Positions 52,886 through 64,000 of a stretch of 64,000 nucleotides of DNA are shown piece after piece. Made by a program: the position numbers and the translations under genes. A model generated the notes under the pieces. The model ran no database searches. It saw only the letters and a list, made by a program, of their open reading frames with translations, and had not been told where the DNA came from. The DNA comes from Lama guanicoe (taxonomy: Eukaryota), in assembly GCA_013239625.1 (NCBI GenBank), contig MU053557.1, positions 999,063 to 1,063,062 of the forward strand. Reading direction: 5' to 3'. Each line of letters begins with the position of its first letter. Position 1 is the stretch's first letter.

Positions 52886-54589
52886 GTATTAAAATCTGAG
52901 CTTCAGCCAGCTGGCCCAGATGTTGCTGTGACAGTGGGTGACCACAGCCATTGCTCCCTATGCTGGTGCATGAATTGTATTAGCAGGTGGCTGATGAGTG
53001 AGCAAGTGACTCCAAGCTGAAGCTTTCTTGCTGAGGTGCTTGGGTCTAACTATTAAGAAAGCAGTGTGTTTAGTCACCTGCACAGGTCTGCTCTTCGCTG
53101 CAGCAAAATGCTGACTGAGATCTGGCTTTGAGCCCTGGTTATTTCCGTCCCAGGAAGTGAAGAAAGCAATCCACTCCAGGTCCCCAAAATACTGTCTCTG
53201 GAATAGCTAAATAGTCAACCCAGCTTAGAACTGCTTCACATTTTCTCTTACTAGTTTACTTTTTTTGTGGGGGACTTAATTGTATATATGGAGCTTAAGA
53301 AAATGCCCAGGATAAAGCAGCCTAGAAACATGGCCACCATTCAGCTTTACAGTTAGTAGAGAAATGCATTGCTTCATATATCGATTACCATTGTTATATT
53401 CAGAGGCTGAAATCCAAAATCAGCTTCAATTGATTCATTATATCCCCGAGTTAACTCTCTTCTCTGTTTCCAACTCTAGTGCCGTGTTCACTGTCTCTTT
53501 CCATTGGGCCAAGTAGAGAGTCAAGAACTTATCCAGGAAATCTGATTAATGATGACATAGTTCGCCACAAAATCCTACTTCATTATCAGTAGTAATTGTT
53601 GCTCTTAATGTCTGGAGTTTCAGAATAATTGTTTCAACTCATTCCATTTGTCCTTTAAAGGCACAAGAGAAGCCATTTGATAAGAAAAATCTTCCCCAGG
53701 GGACACATGTATAGTAGCCAAGATGATATCAGTGGAATGTCTTCACTTTTCACATCCTTGGCATCTGCTATTCTCCATAATAGTCACAAAAATCTCCTAG
53801 AGTAGGAGGCTGCAGAAGATAAAGTGATGTTTCGTGCAGAAAAAAAGCAGAGACCAGAGTAGCAGCCTTAGCAGGAAGGAGGAACTGGAATAAGGGAATG
53901 TCAGGAAGCAGAGACGAGAAAGGCAATATGACAGCTGCAGCTCTGTCTTTCCTGAGCTGGTAGTACATGGAAGGGAGAGGAAATGTCAAGTTGTAACTGG
54001 TGCCTAGGAAAGCAGTTTTCTCTTTCTTTTTATTTTTCTAGAGGAGGAGGAGAAAATGATTTGAATCACAGAGGTCTAAATAGTGATGCTGATTGAATAG
54101 AAGAGGAATGAAGAGTTAAGAATCATAAACAGGACACCTTTTAGTTTGTGATAAAGTGCAGGAGAGAAAAGCCCAAAATGACCGATAAGTATACAAGATT
54201 GTTCCCCAGAGCTTGGTTTCATTACTGATGTAGCCAGCTATACAGCCATCAGCACACCCCCTCCAGTTGCACTTGCAGATCTAGGGTAATGCAAATTAAA
54301 ATAACACCATTTTGTAAACTTAAAATTTGTAAAAACCAAGAGTCTTTATAAAGTTTACTCATTATCTGATGGCCTCCATACCAAGCAGACAAGTGAAGCA
54401 GTGCCAGGAGCCATCCCTGATTCACACAGACAGGTTTGCACAAACATCTTGCAAATTACAAAATGCCACTAAAATCCTAAAGCCTTCCCCACCATTTGCA
54501 TCACCTGCATACATACTAATGATGAACCACTCACATCTATGACCATCCTGGCAAGAAGAAAGGAATATTATTTATGCAAAGTTTATCAA

Positions 54590-55020
54590 GCATGAATTCA
54601 GTAACTCCAGCTCTGTACCTGACCCTGTTCCACTGCTGGGAAACATCAGTGAACAAAATCCTTGACTCTAAGGAGCATGTATTCCATTGGGGAGAGACAA
54701 ATGTACAGAATGCCTGATGGTACAGCTGTAAGAGAAACAGTCAAGGAGACCATGTTGCATGGGGAGAACTGGGGGTCCTTAAGGACTGAAGAGTGTCCTT
54801 AGGGAAAGTCTGTTTGATCAGGTGACTTTTAAGAGGAGATTTGAAGGACGGGAACAGACTGTGATGATGACGGAGGGAAGAGATAATCAGGCTGAGGAAA
54901 CAGTAAGTGCAAAGACCCTGAGGTTGGACTGGAGCACCACCTTCAGGGATTTCGGGCAGGCATGGTGGCTAGAACAGAATAAGCAAGGAGACTGGCATGA
55001 GATGAAGCCAGGGAGACAGA
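54590..55020 (-). mobile_element. L2 fragment
   Basis: cagtgaacaaaatcc...ggggagagacaa...gtgcaaagaccctgagg. Confidence 0.7.
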
Positions 55021-55734
55021 GAAAGAAAGAGGAGAGAAGGGAGAGGGAAAAAGAGAAAGAAGGGTCATGGCGAAGGGACTGCTGAGCAGGATAAAAGCAG
55101 CCTGCTGATAAAAATTTCACCTTTAGATTTTTCTCTCATCTTGCTATTTCAGATACACCAAATAACAATCAGCTTTCTCGCCAGACCATGCTAAACTTCA
55201 AAAATCTGATTTCTAAAATTTCTCTATCAAATAGAGGAAAATTGACTTTCTTCACCTTCATGACCTTTCCAGTCTGTTTACAGAGGACTGTAACTGCAAT
55301 CCAGTGTCTGAAGGTCTGCTTGTTGGGCAGACGTGTAATAACTCAAATAGCTAGTAGAGAAAGCAGAAGAAAGCCACTATTTCACGCTGCCAGTCATAGA
55401 TCATCTTGGTTTGCAGAGGTTATGAAAGATCGGGACAAGGGCAGCATATTTGAAAATTCCCATCTGAGTTCATTTCAATTCTACTTTAATGATGGGCCTT
55501 GCTTCAAACTTCTTTAATTGAAATTTTTATTTAAATACTTTTTGATTGAGGTGTACTTTTAAAAAATACACAATATATTTTATTTTAAAAATGATGGTCA
55601 TTTTGATTACTATAATGAATTTAACAAATACATATATTTAATTTCCTTCTGAAACACCACTAAAATGACAGTAAAAGTAATTTTTATTTTCAAGATGTCA
55701 TATCCTTGATTTTATATTATTTCCTGTTTAAATC

Positions 55735-56290
55735 TTTTTAAAATGGAAGTATAGTTGATATACAATATAAGTTACAGGTATACAATACAGTGATTTACAA
55801 TTTTTTAAGTTGTACCTCATTTATAGTTACTACAAAATACTGGCTATATTCTCTATTGTATAGTATATCCTTGTTGTTTATTTTATACATATTAGTTTGT
55901 ACCACTTAATACGCTACCCCTATATTGCTCCTCCCTCTTCTCTCTCCCCACTGGTAACCACTAGTTTGTTCTCTGTGTTTGTTTTTTCATTATATTTATG
56001 AGTTTGTTGTATTTTTTTAGATGACACGTGTAAGTGATACCACATAGTATTTGTCTTCCTTTGTCTGATTCGTTTTCTGTCTGACTTAGCATAATGTCCT
56101 CTAGGTCCATCCATATTGCTGCGAATGACAGAATTTTATTCTTTTTTCTGGCTCAGTAGTAGTCCATCATGTGTGTGTGTGTATACACACATACGTACAC
56201 ATATATCACATCTTCTTCATGCATTCCTCTGTTGATGGGCACATAGGTTGTTTCCATATCTTGGTGCTTGTAAATGACACTGCTATGAAA
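55735..56290 (-). mobile_element. L1 3' end (L1MA/cetartiodactyl type)
   Basis: gaagtatagttgatatacaata...ggtaaccactagtttgttctct...ttagcataatgtcctctaggtccatccat...ttgatgggcacataggttgtttccatatcttgg. Confidence 0.9.
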
Positions 56291-59200
56291 ATAAGTGAAG
56301 AGATAGAAAAAGGTGTTGCATGCAAATGGAAATCAAAAAGAAACTTTCATGCCATTTGTGTCAGGCTTGCCTGGTATCCTGAAGGGAATCCATACAGTTA
56401 CTCATTTTTGTGTTTGAGCATTCTTCTGTCATATCATTTCATTGGACACTGGGTCCATCTGTTCTTGACAAATAAGAATAGCTTCCTTTGAGCATTTACC
56501 ATGTGCTTATGTCTTGTAATAGGACACAGGGAACAGTTTTAAGTGTGAATGTGTTATTCTCTTCCCACTTCCCCTCATTTCACTGAACTATCTCACTTGT
56601 TCCCTGACGTATTTTCTGGCCTTTACATTACACAGTTGATGTAAGTGCTTCACTAGCAAGTCAGAAGCTAAAAGTGCAAATGTACAGTTAATAAACAAAC
56701 AAACAGAACTCACCTGGTTAAGCAAGTGACAAATTTAAATTCAAGGAGAGCAAGGTGAAGAGGAAGAAGGATCATGAGAGGAGAGGGTGAAACTTCAGAA
56801 CTTCACATCTCTGGAGCAAGGACTGCCCTGTAGTGGATGCTTGGAGGAAGGGGTTTGTCCCAGGTTTGTCTTCTTGTGTCCAAGGTCGGTCACGTCTGGC
56901 CGGTGGATTACCTAGTGAATTATCCAAATGGATTGCCTTGTTGATGCTCCTCTTTGTCCCTAAACTCTTTTCAGCCCATTATCTGACACATCCCTTTTGA
57001 CAATCTCCTTTCAAATAGCCCAGAAGATTCAAAAATGGGATCTGAGACTCCTTGGAGGAGTAATGGAGACAAGGGAGGGAGGCGTTCCCTGACAAGAGTA
57101 AGAATAAGATATAGAAAGGGCCTTAAAATAAATGACTTCTCATACAAAATCTTACAAAGTGATAGTATTAGCCTCAGTTTTCAGAGGAGGAGACAATTGT
57201 AATTAAGCATATCTGATTCCTGAGTTCTAATGGTTTTTCTCATGCTGGAGTTACTTCTATTCTTTATTTTTATTCCCCTTTTCTCCCTCCACTTCATTCT
57301 CACCTTTTTTCTTTCATCTTCCTTTCTTTCCATCTTCCTTTGCTCTTGCCTGCCTGCCTGCCCTGTCACCTTTTCCTATTTCTTCCTGCCTGTTTTCAGT
57401 CTTTCTTTGGTCCTTTATTTATCCTAATCACATTGTGTGTCTTCACTCAGTATCAAAGACACCAAGACAAAGTGACACAGCCTCAAGACATAGGCTGTAG
57501 CCTCAAGGGTGTTAAGTTTAATAAAATTTATTGTGCTTTTAAAAAAAAGGGGAATTTCTCTTGTCATTTGGAGGAATTGTAGAGTTAGCACTGACCCATT
57601 AAGCTCTTCAGCACCTTCAAGAAGAAAGGAGTAGAGTACAGTGGGGTCAGAGTTTTTATTTTATAGCCATAGTGGGGGGATCAGCTCTTCATCAGAGCTG
57701 CCATATACTCATAAGCTGAATTCACTTTTACATACACTGGCCACAAGGAAGGGTGAAGTATCCAGTGGTTCCTTCAAGCTCATTCTCTATAGGAAGCTAC
57801 CCTTGGGTCAAGGAGTAGTGTTGGGAGGAGCTCTTTAAATATGTTTTACCCATGGTGGATAGAAGACAAATCAATAAACTTATAGATCCCAGGGTATTCA
57901 ATCATGAAACTTTAATAAGGAATCCTTACAAATTCAGGCCTGAGCAAGTTCTTTGACTTTCTTAAAAGAAGTCGTTTTCTCTATACTTTATACCATTTTC
58001 ACAAAGGCTATGACTGCTTTGGACAGTCAATTCAAAAACAACTACAAAGTGCCCCCATACCAGTAAAAACACAGGCTTTTTAGTTCTAAGAAATATGTTC
58101 CATCAATTCTCCTTAGGTTTCAAATTCTGTCTATAAGGAGCCATTCCTTTATTAAGAACGTAAGTCCTATTGGACCCAGGTACCATTAATACAATATGGA
58201 AGCTATAAAGTAATTTACTCACAAATCCTCTAAACCCAAACATTATTCCCTTTTGCTAACAACTAAATAAAGCAGTGTCTTTAACATATAAAGCATTTTT
58301 TGCACATGTACAATTAACTGATTAAACTACCAAATGTGCAATTATTCAATTATTAGGAAGAAGGGAAAATTAAGATTAGATACAGTTTTGTTCCAGGAAA
58401 AGCAATTAAGTTGTTACATCAAGGAGATATAAATAATATTTAAATCAAAGAAGCAGAAGACAGGAAAGAGGATGGAGAAGCTTATTTGAAGGTACTAGGA
58501 ATATAGTTGGAACATTCAATAAGACATTTATTTCCCTAAGATTATTTTCTGAACAGTATAATAATATATTAAACAAATAAAGCACCTTCTGGATGGAATC
58601 CTAGAGAGGATGCTATGGAGAACAGTTGTTTGAAGACAAGGAAAGATAGTGATTAATTCTGCATGCTTTCTGTTTCATTTTGGGTTAAAGCCAAACAAGA
58701 AAATGCCCTGGAAGAGTTGTATTTTTCCAGAGGAAGTACCTCATGATGGCTTGAAGCTCAGCCTATGGCGTTATGATGAATTATGTAGGTGGGGGTTTTC
58801 CCCCCCAAAACCATCAGCCTACCCTCCTTCTCCTCTCTCCTTGCATTGTTTCAAGCAACATGTATTAAGCACCTGCTCTGTGTCAAGCACCATGCTGGAC
58901 AGTGGTGGTAGATACAGTGGCCAAGAAGATTTACATTTTCTCTGCTTTAATGGGGTATCACCTCTCTCCTTGTACAAATGGCTTATTTCCCCCCTCTCCT
59001 AATATCTAGTGGGACTCAGGTCATAGGTTTTAAAAATTGTTTGGCAACTCCAGAAAGATATAAGTGAAGCATTTGATATTATGCTTATCTTGGGGTTTCA
59101 TCCCAGCCTCTTTAACAGTCACTTGTGTGTTCAAAAGCTTGTGCTCTTTAGCACCTGGGAAGAATTCCCTTAAACTTATATTCATTTATAATCTTAGAAG

Positions 59201-60079
59201 CTTTAGCTTTGGGACTCTGAGTGTTTTGTTTGTTTATTTTGTGTTTCCCTTCTAGCTAAGAAGCTATCCTTTTTTCGCTCTTGGCACATTTGAGACTTGT
59301 CATGGATTATCTAACAGGACATGTGCGTTCAGAGACATTCCAAATGATTTCAGGCTCCATTACTAGAGAACTCACTAGAAATCAGGGCTTCTTGAGAAAA
59401 TAGGTCAGCTGTCCCTGAGTCCATGTGACTCATGTGGGAAGATTGAGGCAGCAGTACCCTGAGGCAGAGTCCTCTACAGAAATAGAGGTCAGAAAAAGTC
59501 TTCACTGATCCCAAATGTTGGTTGAAGAAGTCATTGATCCACTTTGCAGATTTGGAAAGCAGGAGGAGGATAGAATTACATCTAATTGCTATTTAGTATG
59601 AGAGATAATGTGCTAATAAAGGTCCCTGGGCAAAAGGAGGAGATACTGATAAGCTCTAGATTTTTGATGGAACTCTCTACTTCAAATTTGGGAGGGTTGC
59701 CTTATGTAATATTGATAGGTCTCAAATATCAGAGTTTCTAAGTCTCTCATTGGGTGAAATGAAAAACTCTGCAAAATTAGATTAAGTGTCACTTAATCTG
59801 TCTAAAATTATTGCTCTCCTCCTCAGGTTTTATGTTTAATATTAAAAACTAAATCAGATCATGGGAAGGATGATCCATTTAGGGAGAGTAAGTCTGTGAT
59901 GGCTTCTGGGTTATCATTGCAAGGGGAATATTGCTTTATTGACTTTGGTCAGATTAGTCCATATTCTTTGAACACATCTTAGAAATAGATTTTTTTAAGC
60001 CTCCCTCCTTTCCCTCCACAATATAAGCTTCTGTTTGATTGGATGATTTTATTTCTTGTCTATATTGATCCAACTTATG

Positions 60080-62279
60080 GCTACTAGGTGATAGGTGAAA
60101 ATGCCACATCAAATTTATATAACTACTACTGCTGCTGTGATTTTTTAAATTGAAGTATAATTGATGTGCTGTAATATAAACCATGTTGCTATGATTTTTA
60201 TGGTGTGTTACCTGCACATGCTTGTAAATTATTATCTTACTCGAGTTAACTCTGGCCAAGCATGTGGATGAAATGCTAACAAGTCAGTGATACCCATCTC
60301 TACATTTTTTAAGTCTTTGATGAACCTGATTTCCAACCTTCTAATCTCGACAGTCCATCGATGGATAAAAGTATGTCAGCATATGTTGGAGTGGGGAACA
60401 TTTCTAGGGGCTTTCACTGAGTCCCTCTTAACATGATAGCTCTCACATAGTGTGTCAAGGAACAAAACTAAGGGTTCTACTACATGTATTTCCACTATAT
60501 GTTATAGGATTAGAGGAAGAAACAACATGGGTCAGTTGTCCTGCTGGACCTACTGTGAGATGGTCTTGGGTCAAGAATCAATCTATCACCCGACTTATAT
60601 TAGGACTAGTAGATAATAGTAGATGCTTTGGTCTCAAAGGATCAAATTTAGTACAGAGTCAGTATCTAATAACTTTAATAAAGTCTGTAAATGTCCATAG
60701 ATTTCTTCAAGGAAGGCTTGGGTGAATGTTTATAATTTGCACCGACAGCCACTTCAGATTGTACTCAGACAGAAGGGATCTTCCTCCATGAGAAAGAGTC
60801 TGGATTTACAAATTAGCTTAGGTCTGAAACACTGTGTAAGAAGTCATAATCAATCCTTGTATTTAAATTAGATTCCTCACCACACCACACCACCAATACC
60901 TGGAATTTTCTTACTCATATCTGTCTAGTAGAACTTAGAAAGCTGTCCACCTATTTAATGCCTGATGACACAATAGCCCACTGACAATCGCCATTTTATC
61001 CCTGTACAGAACAACACTCTACCACTCTCTTCCTCCCATTACTATTCCCTCTACCCTCTTCCCTCTACTGTTCTAGGATCCCATTATTTGCACTGAGGTC
61101 AGGAAAGCAATTTTCTTTGCAACTCCTCCAGAAGGATGGCCAACATATTTTAAAAAGGATGCCAATGTTCCTGGATGCATTTTTAAGATTTTGGTGGAGG
61201 GGAGTGTCCCAGGGGTCTCCTGGGCTTATGCTGGTCAGGACATGGATGAAGAGGTTATGTATATGAGGTCTAGTCTACCATTCCCATCTACCTGAGCACT
61301 TTGACCCCTTCCCCTATACATATTACAGGAAAGGTCTGACATCTCAACTTCATTGACCTTAGGCCATACTTGAGTCCAAGTTTAATTAGCCAAACAAGAA
61401 GACTATAAATTTAATTCCCAGTGAGGTGAATGTACCCATATCAATAAATTTGACCTAAGTGCAGTTTTATATTTTGGCATTTTTGGTCTAACACCATTGG
61501 TGTCCACTCTTATGCATGCTGCCCCAACTTACTCTTCTTGATATAAATTGAGTGTTGTACAGCTCTTTTGACATACATGCTGTTTCTTCCCAGGTGGGGC
61601 CTTGAATTCTCTACCTTGCATATGCTAAGATTTCCCTTTTATTGTTTTTGTATTCAGGATACCTGTCTGTATCAGGGAGATGTAAGATGCAAAGTCCTCA
61701 GTCTTATCTGCATTCTGCTTAAACGTAGCCTTCTCGTGATCAGGGTCTCACTTCTCCATCAGAGCCATTACGTAAAAGATGTAGGGGAGTTGAGAATTTA
61801 GATGGTATCCTATATCAGCATTACTTACAATCAAGCCCTGGGTTCCATCCCAGACATATTAGCCCTATGCTACAGGAGGAAAAAATGGGACTACTAAGTT
61901 ACCAAGGCTTTCCAATTTTCCACTGGAGTTATGAGCTGGGCAGTTAAAGACTCAATTGACCCTTTCTCTGGGGGGTCTTTTAGCTCTCCTGGCTGTCAGA
62001 AACAACTAACTAACCTCCCAAACATTCTGGTTGTATTGTCACCATGGTAACTAAGTGCCACAACCACTTAATCTCTTCGTCCCTTGTCTTCTATTTGTAC
62101 TTCTTGCCAGGCCATCTCCATTACTCTTAATATTTCTCATACCACAGCATCGCATGAAATACTGGTGTTTCACATATCTCCTACAAGGAGGAGGGTATCT
62201 GTTCCCTCCTTAAACACCAAGTAACCACATCTCAGAATTCCATCAGCAGGGCTGGTTCCCCCCCTCAGGTCCTTCCTGT
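60080..62279 (-). mobile_element. Decayed ERVL internal region: gag, protease, start of RT
   Basis: Minus-strand translation with stops and frameshifts: gag WPKVNEVEMSDL...EGVKVLR*MGMV (61275-61366); protease LLDTDS (60655-60672), HLTVGPAG and SLTHYVRAIML..KPLE; RT start FIKDLKN. Confidence 0.8.
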
Positions 62280-62785
62280 TGTATCAGCTGTCAGTTTGGT
62301 CTTGGCAGGAAACAAATGAGACATTAATGTGGGCTAAAGAAATTTTAATAAAGTGACTACATATAAAGTTGCAATCTCGATGAAGAGAGGATAACAGAGA
62401 TGGTGACGCACTCTAGCTATTGCAAATACAGCTGTTTGTTGCTACCTCTAGGCCTGATGAGGGGGCAAGGGGAGGGAGTAGTTAGTAGGGTCCAGAGAGT
62501 AGCTGTGGTTACAGGACAGGACCATTTAACAGAAACGATGGCTTGGATAGAGAGTAGCAGGAAAGGCATTGAGACCTAATAGGAAGGGATCCAGAGTCAT
62601 AAATACCTTCACCTTACTCTCCCTGAATCTTCTGCTCATCTGAGCTTCCCGCTGGCCACATCCTGCTGGAGGTTAGATGCAAGATAGCCTGCTGATGTGC
62701 TCCACAGAAATCACCTCCCAGCGCTGATAGCAGGATGGGCAAGCAGGGAGAACGACTGTGAGGGAGTGATAGAAAACAGCTGGCA
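62280..62785 (-). mobile_element. ERVL LTR (LTR41-like), 5' LTR of the adjacent internal region
   Basis: gcaggaaacaaatgagac...tttaataaagtgacta...tgctacctctaggcctgatgagggggcaagggga; TG...CA ends. Confidence 0.7.
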
Positions 62786-62799
62786 TGACGATGTGCTGG

Positions 62800-63150
62800 A
62801 ATATCCCCATTTTACAGCTTAGAAAACTAAGGTCCCGAGAGCAGGAGTTGCTTGCCTGAAGTCATTCAGCTCACTAGCTGGGATTTCATTGAAAATGGAC
62901 CAATTCCAGTCACTCTTCCTTGTCTTGGAAACTGCTTCGAAGAGCAGTTGTTTGACATTTTATTCTACAAAGAACTTTCTTCCCAAATAGTCTGTTTTGA
63001 TTCTGACTAAACATGCTTCTGAGATAGGAATTGTTGTTAATTCATTTTACAGGGGCAAAAGCTGGGGCTTGGAGACTTTAAACGATGTTCCTAAGCTTCA
63101 TGCTTGGTAGGTGACTAAGAACATCTGGATGGTGGGTCTGCCAGACTCTC
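62800..63150 (-). mobile_element. Two MIR fragments
   Basis: ccccattttacagcttagaaaactaagg; ttcattttacaggggcaaaagctgggg...ggtctgccagactc. Confidence 0.65.
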
Positions 63151-63565
63151 AACACCACACACAAGGCACCGTGTCATCAGATAAGACTTGCCTTTTTTTT
63201 CTATTGTGTATGTATGCGTGTTTGTTTTAATTTTGGCAAACCTCCTTAATTTTTAACATACATCATTAGTAGGTCTAGCCATAAACAGTTTTTCCCTCGT
63301 CTCTTTTCCAAGAGCTGACTTTTGAGAAAATTATAAAATGGGTAGTTTCTCTTCCCACATTCCGTTGTGTACTCATAGCCACCTTGATCTTCATCCCATT
63401 CTGTGAGCTTTGCCATCTCTAGACACTTAGGACTGGCTTGTCCCTGCGCCCACCACAGGGCTATGAAAGCAGGGAATTCATCTTTTGCTTAGTGGGACAA
63501 ACATTACAGCATCAACTCTGTGATACTAGATTTACTGGGCTATAAATAACACTGATTAAAAAAAC

Positions 63566-63597
63566 AGTTTTTGTTTTGTTTTGTTTTGTTTTGTTTT
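63566..63597. repeat. (GTTTT)n microsatellite
   Basis: About 6 units visible directly. Confidence 0.9.
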
Positions 63598-64000
63598 AAT
63601 GGCGTAGGGCTTACCATTCATCAGCAGGGGAAAAAAATAATTAACAGAAAAATGGGACAAATGTTGGAGTATTCACCTAACCTGTTTAGAGAATTGTTAA
63701 AATGATACTGTTTTCTAACATGATTATCATCTTATTTTTAGTTACTTTTCTCTTGGGAATTATGCTATCAGAATGATTTACCCTTGTTATGGTATTCTGA
63801 CAATCTTATGTAAATTAGTAGAATTTTTTTACTTTTTTGAGGCAGCCATAAAGATTTGCATCGTGTTGAGTTAGAGGATTTCTTACTTGCAGGTCTTTTT
63901 CTTAGTGACTTTAGGTCAGTATTAGCACTTTCTTTGCTGCCAGATTATGCAAAAAATGTTCTCATTTAGAGTGTCAGGTGACAATCTCTACTTCAGTAAC

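Noticed and set aside
1..64000. CRISPR arrays, operons or other prokaryotic systems
   Set aside because: The sequence is mammalian; there is no repeat-spacer array or gene-dense region.

Overview
Mammalian non-coding DNA (AT-rich, CpG-depleted, repeat-dense), most likely camelid, because it carries three copies of a tRNA-derived SINE matching Vic-1 and three related young L1 3' ends. I recognise no intact known protein-coding gene. The supplied ORFs are chance ORFs or decayed L1 ORF2/ERVL fragments. The first ~0.9 kb may be the last exon and 3'UTR of a + strand gene, which I could not identify. The rest is L1, L2, MIR, MaLR/ERVL LTRs, two decayed ERVL proviruses (gag on + at ~29-30.4 kb; LTR41-like LTR plus gag-pro-RT on - at ~60-62.8 kb) and DNA transposon fossils (Charlie1, MER58, MER82, MER5A). 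The most notable observations are inverted (twin-priming-type) L1 structures, a 39-bp L1 insertion with a 15-bp TSD inside the ERVL RT, a doubled MER82 left end, a candidate enhancer, a CTCF-like motif and a speculative in-frame chain of five small exon-like segments. I found no convincing novel biological system. Repeat family names come from recalled consensus sequences and boundaries are approximate.
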